Shown here one piece after another: positions 1 through 9,594 of a stretch of 64,000 nucleotides of DNA. The DNA is taken from assembly GCA_963740315.1 (NCBI GenBank), contig CAVUDP010000002.1, positions 2,048,001 through 2,112,000 on the forward strand, read 5' to 3'. The position numbers and the translations under genes were made by a program. The stretch comes from an uncultured cyanobacterium (lineage in GTDB: Bacteria > Cyanobacteriota > Cyanobacteriia > Cyanobacteriales > Nostocaceae). Position 1 is the first letter of the stretch; every line of letters starts with the position of its first letter. The notes under the pieces are model-generated. The model saw only the letters and a program-made list of their open reading frames with translations, was not told the DNA's origin and did not search any database.

Positions 1-123
1 AACTGGACGACGCAGCAAAGCTTCGGTATTTCGCAATATTTTAAAAGGCTTGCTCGTAGAAGGCTCCGCAAATTCTAATTCTTCTGTATTTTTTTCAACC
101 GGGATTTCACGCTTAAAATCCAT
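1..123 (-). CDS. N-terminal part of a protein running off the window edge (MDFKREIPVEKNTEELEFAEPSTSKPFKILRNTEALLRRPV...)
   Basis: ATG at 123-121 with GAGG a few nt upstream; open frame to position 1 (manual translation). Confidence 0.55.
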   Translation of the reverse strand, partial: MDFKREIPVEKNTEELEFAEPSTSKPFKILRNTEALLRRPV

Positions 124-203
124 ATTTAGCCTCGTTGAAATATCGCCAATTACTTCTATTTCTAACTTATTTTTCTAAAAGTTGTCTGGATAAATGTAAT
201 ACA

Positions 204-262
204 GGTTAAAGGTTAAAGGTTAAAGGTCAAAGGTCAAAGGTCAAAGGTCAAAGGTTAAAGGT
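204..262. repeat. STRR heptamer tract (GGTTAAA/GGTCAAA)n
   Basis: About 8 tandem heptamers; the same unit recurs at ~10711-10745, ~18090-18120 and (reverse) ~51330-51395. Confidence 0.9.
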
Positions 263-322
263 AATACCATTTTAGATTTTAGATTATGAATTGGTAATAA
301 ATATAAATAATGTAGAGACGTT

Positions 323-538
323 GCACTGCAACGTCTGCCTGCACTGCAACGTCTGCCTGCACTGCAACGTCTGCCTGCACTGCAACGTCTGCCTGCACTG
401 CAACGTCTGCCTGCACTGCAACGTCTGCCTGCACTGCAACGTCTGCCTGCACTGCAACGTCTGCCTGCACTGCAACGTCTGCCTGCACTGCAACGTCTGC
501 CTGCACTGCAACGTCTGCCTGCACTGCAACGTCTGCCT
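323..538. repeat. Perfect 18-bp tandem repeat GCACTGCAACGTCTGCCT x12
   Basis: 12 identical units, starting inside the palindrome TGTAGAGACGTTGCACTGCAACGTCT (311-336). Confidence 0.97.
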
Positions 539-621
539 GCACTGTGTACGCCGTCTCCCTATATTTCGATTTGTATCGAGAATTTATAAATAGAAAAGTA
601 GAATTTACTAAAGCCCCCTTA

Positions 622-728
622 AAGGATGTTTTCCAAATCGTAAATAAAACCACAAACTTTCAGATCCCCCTAAATCCCCCTTAAAAAAGGGGGATTAAAG
701 TCCCCCTTGCTAAGGGGGGATGGGGGAT
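622..728. mobile_element. Partial MITE-like dispersed repeat (AGGATGTTTTCCAA...CCCCTAAATCCCCCTTAAAAAAGGGGG family)
   Basis: Near-identical to copies at ~3888-4000 and 25228-25383. Confidence 0.7.
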
Positions 729-1277
729 CTAAATCTGCTGTAAATCCTTAAGTCGTGCCATTACATCTTGGGAATGAACGATAGGATTAACTTTGACAAA
801 AGTTTCTCGTAAAATACCGTTTGGATCGATAATAAAACTGTGACGCATGGAAAAAAAGTTCATCCAAGAACCGTAAGCTTTACTTACCGCACCAGTTGTA
901 TCGGCTAATAAAGGAAATTTTAATCCTTCAGAATCGCAAAATTCCGCGTGAGAATCAATATCGTCGGCACTGACACCAATAATTTCGGTATTTGCTTCTA
1001 AGTATTTTGGCAAATCTTCTTGGAAACGACGCGCTTCTATAGTGCAACCAGAAGTAAAATCCTGGGGATAAAAGTAAAGCACTACCCATTTACCGCGATA
1101 GTCGGAAAGGGAAATTTCTCCATCACCAGTATTGGTAGGTAAAGTAAATTTTGGCGCGGGTTGATTGACAGAAGGAAGTGTACCGCCCATTGCATTTGCA
1201 GCAGGAGTAAAATTTAGCCCTACAAAGAATACGAAGAAAGTGGCAAATAATATATTTAGAAAATTGCGGCGGTTCAT
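729..1277 (-). CDS. Peroxiredoxin, BCP/PrxQ type, with N-terminal export signal
   Basis: YFYPQDFTSGCTIEA peroxidatic motif; RRNFL twin-arginine-like leader. Confidence 0.92.
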   Translation of the reverse strand: MNRRNFLNILFATFFVFFVGLNFTPAANAMGGTLPSVNQPAPKFTLPTNTGDGEISLSDYRGKWVVLYFYPQDFTSGCTIEARRFQEDLPKYLEANTEIIGVSADDIDSHAEFCDSEGLKFPLLADTTGAVSKAYGSWMNFFSMRHSFIIDPNGILRETFVKVNPIVHSQDVMARLKDLQQI

Positions 1278-1354
1278 TTTGATGCAGAGTACGAATAACT
1301 ACTTTAAATAAGTTTACAATCACTCGTACAGAAGCTGCATTTAGATTTGGTAAT

Positions 1355-1450
1355 CAAGGTTCGTAGTAAGGACTTTAGTCCTGTGATATCCAAGGTTCGT
1401 AGTAAGGACTTTAGTCCTGTGATATCAGGGCTGAAGCCCTTACTACAAAC
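1355..1450. repeat. REP-like palindrome GGTTCGTAGTAAG...CTTACTAC with a tandemly duplicated ~35-bp left arm
   Basis: CAAGGTTCGTAGTAAGGACTTTAGTCCTGTGATATC occurs twice; family also at ~7318-7417, ~37817-38277 and ~43891-43946. Confidence 0.8.
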
Positions 1451-1451
1451 T

Positions 1452-1706
1452 TTACTCAGATTCACCCGATTGTTGTAGTTGAGTGTGAGTTTCTACGGAT
1501 TCTATATATTGACTATCCAAGAGAAATGCACCATTAGCGAAGCGGATGCCCCAGTATCCGCCGGGGCGGCGGTCAAGTACGATACCTTCCTCACCCACAT
1601 GAATGATATCGGGAGGGCGCAGCATGGGCATGGGTTCGGCAGACTTAATATAAGGTGGTAGCGCTACGACACGGACTTTACTACCAATAGCAAATTCTTC
1701 AGACAT
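1452..1706 (-). CDS. sipA: NblS-interacting regulatory protein SipA (DUF3148)
   Basis: PPYIKSAEPMPMLRPPD...GEEGIVLDRRPGGYWGIRF signature. Confidence 0.85.
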   Translation of the reverse strand: MSEEFAIGSKVRVVALPPYIKSAEPMPMLRPPDIIHVGEEGIVLDRRPGGYWGIRFANGAFLLDSQYIESVETHTQLQQSGESE

Positions 1707-1835
1707 AGTTGGGAGTTGGGAATTAGGAATTACTTAACAGTTTAATACCGCTTTAGCTTGTCTCCTCATCACCTATCTTAAATCCTCAGTATTTCGGTAA
1801 TCTAGTACGGGGAAAGTACTAAAAACAATAATATT

Positions 1836-2168
1836 TTGATTATGCTGTCAAATAGTTTGTATCTTGTATACGGATTGCTTGCTATTATTTTGGTTTTCGG
1901 CGCAATAATTGGCTTTTTACGCTTTTTGTTTGCGTCGATTTATGCTGGTGGAAATTCTAAAGATGAGGTGCTTTTAGAATTAATGCAACGAGCGGGTATT
2001 CCTAACTGGGTTACTTTACAGCAAAAATCGGGTGTCAGCAGTACCGTGATTTGGCTGTTGCGTGACGGACAAGGAGATTCGGTTAAGTTAAGTGAATTAA
2101 CGGATGTTGGGAAGGCTATGCAGTTACCTTTGCCGGTTTTTTTACAAAAGATGGGTTTGATTGAGTAA
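1836..2168 (+). CDS. Small membrane-anchored protein with Cro/C1-like HTH
   Basis: Hydrophobic N-terminal helix, then LQQKSGVSSTVIWLLRDG HTH-like segment. Confidence 0.6.
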   Translation: MIMLSNSLYLVYGLLAIILVFGAIIGFLRFLFASIYAGGNSKDEVLLELMQRAGIPNWVTLQQKSGVSSTVIWLLRDGQGDSVKLSELTDVGKAMQLPLPVFLQKMGLIE

Positions 2169-2174
2169 TAAGTG

Positions 2175-2270
2175 AGGGGGGAGATGGGGAGATGGGGAGA
2201 TGGGGAGATGGGGAGAGGGGGAGATGGGGAGACAAGGGGACAAGGGGACAAGGGGACAAGGGAACAAGGA
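2175..2270. repeat. STRR tracts (GGGGAGAT)n and (GGGGACAA)n
   Basis: Octamer tandem units; similar tracts at ~5305, ~10760, ~24215, ~26650, ~50990, ~60060 and ~61260. Confidence 0.9.
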
Positions 2271-2365
2271 GTATTAAAAACTCTTAACTCCTAATTCCTA
2301 ACTGCTCACTGTTAACTGTTCACTGTTTTTGGGGAAAGCTGGTATTAGCGGAATATAAAAAAGCT

Positions 2366-3754
2366 ATGCCAGAACCCCAGGAGCCGCGAGAATATGATGC
2401 CGTACTCGGTGGTAAGAATCCACCTTTACCTCATAGTGCAGTTTTGGGTGGTATTGAAGGTGTTAAGCGTCGTCTCGGTAGTAAGGTTGTTGAGGTTAGA
2501 GTTGCAGCGCTTCGTGATGCTTTGAATTATGGTGATGCTGGTTTGGATTTGGTTATAGAAGCTTTGGATGATGATTCAACGCTGGTAGAAGATGCAGCAG
2601 TTGAGTTGTTACGCACGAGCAAAAAAAATAAAGCTAAATTAGCGCTACTAACAAACTTACTAAAAATCCAACCACAAAATGCTCATGATTACGATAAACG
2701 CGGTTTGATGCGGCAACAGTTGGGAGATTTGGAAGGGGCGATCGCTGATTTTTCTGAGGCTTTTTCCAGGCTTGATTATCCCAATTTTCTCTATAATCGG
2801 GGATTTTGTCGTCAACAGTTGGGAGATATGCAAGGAGCAATTGCTGATTACAATAGAACAATTTTTTTAAGGAGCAATCAATATCCAGATGTTTATATGG
2901 GAAGGGCGCGGACAAATCAATATCCAGATGCTTATATGGGAAGGGCGCGGACAAATACAACTTTAGGTAATTACCAAGAAGCAATTGAAGATTACAATTT
3001 TATAATTGAAAGTAATTTTAATAAAAATAAAACCTTAAAAGCACTGGCTTATCACTATCGCGGTGCGATTTACGATATTTTAGAAAACTATCAACAAGCA
3101 ATTGCCGACGCAAATCAAGCTATCGAACTCAAGTACGATAATTTAGAGCAAACTTATGAAAATCGGGGAATATCTCGATACAAGCTTGGAGATTTTCAAG
3201 GTGCGATCGCCGATTTTACTCAGTCGATCGCAATTAATCCTAATTACCATCGTGTTTATCACAGCCAGGGATTTGTGAAAAGCGCAATGGGAAATCATCA
3301 AGAAGCGATCGCGGATTTTAAGAAGGCGATCGCAATTAATCCCAATTATCTTGATGCTTATATCTCGCGTGCGGTAAGTCGGGCTAATTCAGGAGATTTT
3401 ATCGGCGCTATTTCCGATTTTTCACGAACTATTGAATCAAATCCTCAAGATATTGAAATTTATTATTATTACCGAGGGGTTTGCCATTTATCGCGAAAGG
3501 ATTATCCCAATGCAATTAAAGATTTTACCCAAGCTATAAATATTAATCCTAACTATCTTGATGCTTATTACAATCGCGGTTGCTGCTATTTTGATATTAA
3601 AAATTATCCTGCCGCTATAAATGATTTTAGTTTAGCAATTCAAATTAATCCTGAATATATCCAAGCTTATACTGCTAGAGGTAATGCTTATATTGCATTG
3701 GGAGAAATTACCAAAGCTGAATTTGATTTTCAAAAAGTTAATCAAGCTAAATAA
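2366..3754 (+). CDS. TPR-repeat protein with N-terminal HEAT-like cyanobacterial module
   Basis: About 10 TPRs of the YxNRG...AIxDFxxAIxINP pattern; N-terminus YDAVLGG...GGIEGVKRRL...ALNYGDAGLDLVIEAL. Confidence 0.9.
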   Translation: MPEPQEPREYDAVLGGKNPPLPHSAVLGGIEGVKRRLGSKVVEVRVAALRDALNYGDAGLDLVIEALDDDSTLVEDAAVELLRTSKKNKAKLALLTNLLKIQPQNAHDYDKRGLMRQQLGDLEGAIADFSEAFSRLDYPNFLYNRGFCRQQLGDMQGAIADYNRTIFLRSNQYPDVYMGRARTNQYPDAYMGRARTNTTLGNYQEAIEDYNFIIESNFNKNKTLKALAYHYRGAIYDILENYQQAIADANQAIELKYDNLEQTYENRGISRYKLGDFQGAIADFTQSIAINPNYHRVYHSQGFVKSAMGNHQEAIADFKKAIAINPNYLDAYISRAVSRANSGDFIGAISDFSRTIESNPQDIEIYYYYRGVCHLSRKDYPNAIKDFTQAININPNYLDAYYNRGCCYFDIKNYPAAINDFSLAIQINPEYIQAYTARGNAYIALGEITKAEFDFQKVNQAK

Positions 3755-4031
3755 ATAATTCCCTTATACCGGCGGTTGAAACCGCGTCTACACAGGCAAA
3801 ACCCACCTGCGTGAGTTAATTAAATCAAATAAATAGTCAATTGGGTAAGATTTTGGGAATTTTGAAAAGTATAATTATTTTTGATTAAGAGGATGTTTCA
3901 AAAGTCATAAATAAAACTTGCAAACTTTGAGAACTCCCCTAAATCCCTCTTAAAAAGGGGGACTTGGAACCCCCCTTTTTAAGGGGGGAAGGGGGGATTC
4001 GAAACAGTACTTTAAAACCTAAACCTCTTCC

Positions 4032-5036
4032 CTACGGTACCTGCCAAATCCTTTTATGGTAGCTATCGATGTCTGCGTAGGGGTCTACGGGTGGGTGTGA
4101 ATGGTCGTGATGATGACCGTGGTGATGGTCGTGATGCCCGTGTCCGTGATTATCCGATACTGCGGCTCTGCGGAATTTACACATCTCACAATTCATCTTC
4201 ACTTCGCCGAGTTGAGTTTCTATTTCTCGCTCTCTGAGTACGGTTAATAATTCTGGCTGCAAACCGATTTCGGGTAAAGCAGTAATAGAAATATCTGGGT
4301 ATTGCTCTTGCTGTTGGGCTGTGATATCAAAGATTTTTTTCATTAAAGTCCCCATAAACAAGAAGTATGGTAAAACAATAATCCGCTTTGGTTGATATAA
4401 ACGAGCGCGTTGAAAGCCTTCTTCTAATCGCGGGTGCGTAATGCCGATAAAACAGGTTTCGACGGTGGAATAACCGCTACCTTCCCAAATAATTCGAGCT
4501 AATTTGTAGACATCGCCGTTGGCATCAGGATCGCTAGAACCTCTACCAACAAATAAAAGCACGGTATCTTGACGCGAAATTTGTTGGGGATTGTGTTCGG
4601 GTTTGTCCAACTCGGCTAAGCGATCGCGCCATAGTTCGATCAGTACGGGTGTAATTCCGAAATGTCTTCCGTAGTGAAATTTTAATTCGGGATATCTAAC
4701 TCTAGCGCGGTCTAATTCGTTGGTAATATCAAATTTATTGTGCCGTGCGGCAAACAGTAAAATTGGTAACGCGGAAAGTTCTGTATAGCCGTTTTTGATG
4801 CATTCGTCTACACCTTCTTGAATTGTAGGCTCGGTTAGTTCCAGAAAACAAGGTAATACCGGACGAGAATTGTCTAAAGCTTGGTAAGCGATCGCAAAAT
4901 CCAACAAAGCCTGCTTTCCTTGTGCGTCTCTGGTACCATGTCCAATCATCAACAAAGGACGCTTCATCGGTAAAGCAGGTAATTGCAGATTTGGATATTG
5001 TAATTTAGTAGAATTTGAACTATCAATAATTTGCAT
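4032..5036 (-). CDS. cbiX: Sirohydrochlorin cobaltochelatase CbiX
   Basis: Two CbiX domains ([18 protein letters not shown]), MNCEMCKFR motif, His-rich tail; cobalamin riboswitch upstream. Confidence 0.93.
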   Translation of the reverse strand: MQIIDSSNSTKLQYPNLQLPALPMKRPLLMIGHGTRDAQGKQALLDFAIAYQALDNSRPVLPCFLELTEPTIQEGVDECIKNGYTELSALPILLFAARHNKFDITNELDRARVRYPELKFHYGRHFGITPVLIELWRDRLAELDKPEHNPQQISRQDTVLLFVGRGSSDPDANGDVYKLARIIWEGSGYSTVETCFIGITHPRLEEGFQRARLYQPKRIIVLPYFLFMGTLMKKIFDITAQQQEQYPDISITALPEIGLQPELLTVLREREIETQLGEVKMNCEMCKFRRAAVSDNHGHGHHDHHHGHHHDHSHPPVDPYADIDSYHKRIWQVP

Positions 5037-5089
5037 TGTCTTAGTATGCCCCTATCCCGTGCAACGCAGGAAATAAAGTGAGCGAATAA

Positions 5090-5250
5090 CAGATAGGCGT
5101 TCTGGCTCAGCCGATTTTGGATTTTGGATTGCGGATTTTGGATTGATAATAATCTAAAATCTAAAATCTAAAATCTAAAATCCCCTTACAGTTGCGGCAC
5201 AGCCCCGGAATTGCACCGGAGTTTCCCTAATCTATTACGGTTCACGTTTG
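5090..5250 (-). ncRNA. Cobalamin (B12) riboswitch
   Basis: Minus strand reads AGGGAAACTCCGGTGCAATTCCGGGGCTGTGCCGCAACTGTAA...GAGCCAGAACGCCT (B12 box), directly upstream of cbiX. Confidence 0.9.
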
Positions 5251-5429
5251 TTTAGTTATATTAGCCGAATCTGTTGCCATTGCGAAATGCACTGGTAGGG
5301 GATATGGAGATGGGGAGACAAGGAGATGGGGGGATGGGGAGACAAGGAGATGGGGAGATGGGGGGAAATTTTAACTTTTAACTCCTGACTGGTAACAAGT
5401 TACTGGTAACAAGTTACTGATTACTGGTA

Positions 5430-5462
5430 AAAATAAAAGTGGACAACATTAATATTGTCCAC
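5430..5462 (-). terminator. Rho-independent terminator after the Spy-like gene
   Basis: GTGGACAA...TTGTCCAC stem followed by a T-tract on the minus strand. Confidence 0.6.
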
Positions 5463-5495
5463 CTCAAATGCTGCTATCCAAATACAACTATTGAC

Positions 5496-5939
5496 TTATT
5501 TCTTTTGCTGTGGTGTTCTTTGTCTGCGTTGAGTAGCATTCCATTCTTGTATTTTCTTCAATTGTTCGGGATTTAAGAGTGCGTATATTTTTTCCTGCGA
5601 CTGTTGCATAATCTTTCGCAATTGCTTTTCCTGTGCGGTGCTAAATTTAACCTCGCTCAAAACTTGTCGGGGATTCTTACCAGCTTCTAAATCTTTTTTG
5701 ATTTTTTCAGTTTGTGCTGCTGTCAGAGTTTGCTGCATCTGGATACTGCGATCGGCAAGAATTTTATTGATCTGAGTCATTTGCTCTTGGGTGAGCTTCA
5801 ATTCTGAGGCACTTGGAGGACGAGCTTGAGAAATCTTTTGTGGTGCATCAGAATTCACTTGGGCGTTTGCAGCTAGGGGAGTGATACTAAAAGCAACAGC
5901 GATCGCACCAGCTAAGAGAGATAGTTTTTTAAGCTTCAT
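5496..5939 (-). CDS. Spy/CpxP-like (LTxxQ motif) periplasmic protein; likely start at 5939 rather than 5990
   Basis: Signal peptide MKLKKLSLLAGAIA...ANA; LTQEQ, LTAAQ and LNPEQ motifs. Confidence 0.8.
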   Translation of the reverse strand: MKLKKLSLLAGAIAVAFSITPLAANAQVNSDAPQKISQARPPSASELKLTQEQMTQINKILADRSIQMQQTLTAAQTEKIKKDLEAGKNPRQVLSEVKFSTAQEKQLRKIMQQSQEKIYALLNPEQLKKIQEWNATQRRQRTPQQKK

Positions 5940-6166
5940 TAAATGCCTCGTGGATTTATCCTTTTTCATGTAACCATTATAGAAACTCATTGCCCTAAGC
6001 CCATGAGTATAATCCCAGGTAAATTGGATTTTTCTATTTTGGTTTTTTCTACCTTAGCAGAATTTTAAAAAGAAAAAGAAAAAGGAAGTGTCGAATCCCT
6101 TTTTCTTCAAGGAGCATGAAAAATCTAAGTATTTTAAGAAATTTATTTTTATTTAAATCTAATTAA

Positions 6167-6631
6167 TTAGGTGGAGGTTTGTTGACGGTTGCCGCGACGG
6201 TTTTGGCGCATTTGCTTCATTTCTTGCATAGTCGCTTTTTGTTCGTCAGTTAGAATCGCTTCAATTTCTACTTTCTTGGATTCTCTAACTTTCTTCATAT
6301 CCGCTTTTTGAGCGTCGGTTAGATTTAAAGTACGCCATACTCCGCGTTTCTTTTGTCCGCTGGCTTTAGCTGCTTCTAATTGTTGTAACTGTGCCGGAGT
6401 TAAGATTTTCTCCATATCAGCACGAGCGGTTTCTTTGATTTGCTGCATTTTAGTTTTTTGCTCGTCAGTCAAATTTAAGCGGTTAAATTTACCTTCTCCT
6501 TTGTTTCCTTTTGCTCTAGCAACTACTACAGAATTGTTGGAACTGGTTTCGACGTTAGCAAATGCAGCACCTGCGGTACCTACAGTCAAAATAGCGGCAA
6601 GAATTAAGGATGTACGTTTGAGATTCAACAT
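6167..6631 (-). CDS. Spy/CpxP-like (LTxxQ motif) periplasmic protein
   Basis: Signal peptide; LTDEQ, LTPAQ, LTDAQ and LTDEQ motifs. Confidence 0.85.
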   Translation of the reverse strand: MLNLKRTSLILAAILTVGTAGAAFANVETSSNNSVVVARAKGNKGEGKFNRLNLTDEQKTKMQQIKETARADMEKILTPAQLQQLEAAKASGQKKRGVWRTLNLTDAQKADMKKVRESKKVEIEAILTDEQKATMQEMKQMRQNRRGNRQQTST

Positions 6632-6715
6632 GGTTGGTTTGTTCCTAGTAAAATAATTTGGTAGTTTAATATGGCGGCAGGTAAGATACCTGCCTTGTTT
6701 GAGCTACTTTAAATC

Positions 6716-7174
6716 TTAGCTAGCGGATTGTTGTTGACGGTTGCCGCGACGGTTTTGGCGCATTTGCTTCATTTCTTGCATAGTCGCTTTTTGTTCGTCA
6801 GTTAGAATCGCTTCAATTTCTACTTTCTTGGATTCTCTAACTTTCTTCATATCCGCTTTTTGAGCGTCGGTTAGATTTAAAGTACGCCATACTCCGCGTT
6901 TCTTTTGTCCGCTGGCTTTAGCTGCTTCTAATTGTTGTAACTGTGCCGGAGTTAAGATTTTCTCCATATCAGCACGAGCGGTTTCTTTGATTTGCTGCAT
7001 TTTAGTTTTTTGCTCGTCAGTCAAATTTAACTTATCCTTCCAGCCACCTTGCTTTTTACCTTGAGCAACGATAGTGGATGAAGAAGAACTAATATCAGCT
7101 TGGGCAGCAAAAGGAATTGCACTCAAAGTCAAAGCGATCGCACCGGCTAAGAAAGATAGTTTTTTCAATTTCAT
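6716..7174 (-). CDS. Spy/CpxP-like (LTxxQ motif) periplasmic protein
   Basis: Signal peptide; C-terminal ~100 aa identical to the 6167-6631 product. Confidence 0.85.
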   Translation of the reverse strand: MKLKKLSFLAGAIALTLSAIPFAAQADISSSSSTIVAQGKKQGGWKDKLNLTDEQKTKMQQIKETARADMEKILTPAQLQQLEAAKASGQKKRGVWRTLNLTDAQKADMKKVRESKKVEIEAILTDEQKATMQEMKQMRQNRRGNRQQQSAS

Positions 7175-7295
7175 CTAAGTTTTCCTGGGTTTGTTTTGTT
7201 CGATGTCACCATCATAGAATGGCAGCCTCAGTAATCACATGAGTAAAAAGTAACGAGTACGCAGATACAAATATATAGATAAAGTCATATATCAA

Positions 7296-7315
7296 ACCAT
7301 TACTTTAGTCATGGT
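7296..7315. promoter_or_regulatory. Putative response-regulator binding dyad ACCATTAC-N4-GTCATGGT
   Basis: One-mismatch inverted repeat in the divergent spy/two-component promoter; related CATGAGTA at 7238 and 6002. Confidence 0.4.
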
Positions 7316-7531
7316 AAGGTTCGTAGTAAGTGCTTTAGCACTAAATCCAAGGACTAAAAAGGTTTGTAGTAAGTGCTTGGGCACTAAATCCGAGGACTAA
7401 AGTCCTTACTACGAACCTATTAAAATTAATTGGTCGTTCGGTATCCAGGCTCGTATTAGCGATCGTTGCAAATGGTGCAAAATGTGTAGAATAAACTAAA
7501 AATATTACCGATAATTGATAATTGAGAACTT

Positions 7532-8752
7532 ATGAACCGTGCTATTGACGTAAAAAATCATCCTTTTAAGTTTTTACTTTATTTAGAGTGGGTTTTACTT
7601 GGATTTGCTGCGATCGCTTCAATATTACCTCCTTTTCAGCGATTTCCTACAAGATTTCCAGAATTAACAGTTATTAGTTTAACTATTTTTGGTTTAATGG
7701 GTTTAAGATTACCTATTAATAATAATAAAAACAAAATTATCTATACAGCTTTTGAAATTTTCTTAATTTTAATTACTAACTTTTTTGGTGGTAGAACGTC
7801 ACGACTGTTTCCATTTCTTAATTTAATATTAGTAACTCGCAGTTGCTTAATTTTCCAACTTCCCGGACGCTTAGTTGTTACAGGGCTTTCTTTCTCGTTA
7901 TTTTTAATCAAATTTATCAGGTGGTTCCCTAATGTATCACCTAGAAGATTACAAAGGATATGGTTTTTTCAATTTAGCTTTGTAATATTATTTATATTAG
8001 CTTTGGTTTTTATTTTACTATTAATGAATGCGGTACTTTCCGAACGGCAAAGTCGGGAAAAATTAACTGCTGCGAATGAAAAACTACGTCAATATGCTTT
8101 AAAAATCGAAAATCAAGCTACTCTCGAAGAAAGAAACCGTATTGCCAGAGAAATTCACGATTCTTTGGGACATTCTCTAACAGCTTTAAACCTACAATTA
8201 GAAACTGCCACTAAATTATTAAATACTAATCCAGAAAAAGCCAGAGATTTTTTAATCCGAGCTAAAGAATTAGGTTCTCAAGCACTAAAAGATGTCCGAG
8301 AATCTGTTTCTACAATGCGTTCTAATCCTTTACAAGAGGAATCTTTAGAAAAAGCAATTACCGTGCTTGTCCAAGATTTTAGTCATTCTACAAATATTAA
8401 ACTCAATTATCAAATCAATTGCTTTTATGGTACACCCCGCGATATAAGTACAGCTATTTATCGAATTATTCAAGAGTCGCTGACAAACATTTCTAAATAT
8501 GCAAAAGCATCAGTTGTTAACTTAGAATTAACTACAACAGCGACAAATTTACATTTACTGATTCAAGATAACGGCAAAGGTTTTGACGTAACCCAAAATA
8601 CTACAGGTTTCGGACTTTACAGTATGCGCGATCGCACTTTAGCTTTGGAAGGTAATTTTAATATTGAAAGCCTTCCCGGAAAAGGTACTAAAATTATAGT
8701 TGATATTCCTTTATCTAGATTTTCGCTAAATAGTTTTGAAGGGAATACATAG
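7532..8752 (+). CDS. Membrane sensor histidine kinase, NarX/DesK (HisKA_3) type
   Basis: Multiple TM helices; ERNRIAREIHDSLGHSLT H-box; QESLTNISKY; DNGKGF; GFGLYSMRDR. Confidence 0.95.
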   Translation: MNRAIDVKNHPFKFLLYLEWVLLGFAAIASILPPFQRFPTRFPELTVISLTIFGLMGLRLPINNNKNKIIYTAFEIFLILITNFFGGRTSRLFPFLNLILVTRSCLIFQLPGRLVVTGLSFSLFLIKFIRWFPNVSPRRLQRIWFFQFSFVILFILALVFILLLMNAVLSERQSREKLTAANEKLRQYALKIENQATLEERNRIAREIHDSLGHSLTALNLQLETATKLLNTNPEKARDFLIRAKELGSQALKDVRESVSTMRSNPLQEESLEKAITVLVQDFSHSTNIKLNYQINCFYGTPRDISTAIYRIIQESLTNISKYAKASVVNLELTTTATNLHLLIQDNGKGFDVTQNTTGFGLYSMRDRTLALEGNFNIESLPGKGTKIIVDIPLSRFSLNSFEGNT

Positions 8753-8783
8753 GTTTGACAATACTGTATATAAATATTAAATT

Positions 8784-9437
8784 ATGATTAAAGTATTATT
8801 AGTAGACGATCAACATTTAATTCGCCAAGGTTTAAAAACTTTACTAGAATTAGAATCCGATTTAGAAATTGTCGGGGAAGCAGAAAACGGAGAAGAAGCG
8901 GTAGCAATGGTTGAAGAATTGCAGCCGAATGTTGTATTAATGGATATCAGAATGCCTAGAATGGATGGTGTTGCTGCAACCCAAGAGATAAAGCAAAAGT
9001 TTGCACAAACGAAAATTTTAGTATTAACAACCTTTGATGATGATGAATATATTAAAGCAGCATTGCAAAATGGAGCAATGGGTTATTTACTCAAAGATAC
9101 ACCTTCAGAAGAATTAGCTGTTGCAATTCGCGCCGTACATCGAGGATACACTCAATTGGGACCGGGAATTGTTAAAAAGCTTTTAACCCAATTTCCCGCA
9201 ACTACAACTCAACCATCTTCCCCACCACCAAATTTAGCCGAGCTAACAAAAAGAGAAAAAGAAGTGTTGCGCTTGATTGCAACTGGTGCAAATAACCGGG
9301 AAATTGCCGAAAAACTCTATATTTCTGAAGGTACGGTTAAAAATCACGTTACTAATATTTTAAATCGCTTAGAATTACGCGATCGCACTCAAGCAGCAAT
9401 TTTTGCAAATTCGTTTATATCTTATTTAAACGATTGA
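8784..9437 (+). CDS. NarL/LuxR-family response regulator
   Basis: REC domain (LLVDD, LMDIRMP) plus LTKREKEVL...[13 protein letters not shown]. Confidence 0.96.
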   Translation: MIKVLLVDDQHLIRQGLKTLLELESDLEIVGEAENGEEAVAMVEELQPNVVLMDIRMPRMDGVAATQEIKQKFAQTKILVLTTFDDDEYIKAALQNGAMGYLLKDTPSEELAVAIRAVHRGYTQLGPGIVKKLLTQFPATTTQPSSPPPNLAELTKREKEVLRLIATGANNREIAEKLYISEGTVKNHVTNILNRLELRDRTQAAIFANSFISYLND

Positions 9438-9594
9438 AAGCTATCCTTTTGAACCAAATTCTGGCTTTTATCCCCCCTTCCGCCCAAATTAGCGGGGGAT
9501 CTCAAAAGTGATTAACTTAGTGAAAATTTGAGATATATTTGGCATCATTTAAGTTGTCATAGTACCAATTCTCGAATATATCACTTAATTTAAT

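Noticed and set aside
323..538. CRISPR array
   Set aside because: Units are contiguous and identical with no spacers; no cas genes in the window
279..653. ORFs (VQADVA)n, (CRQTLQ)n and metallothionein-like (LHCNVC)n
   Set aside because: All are translations of the same REP-derived 18-bp repeat with no synonymous variation; no support as genes
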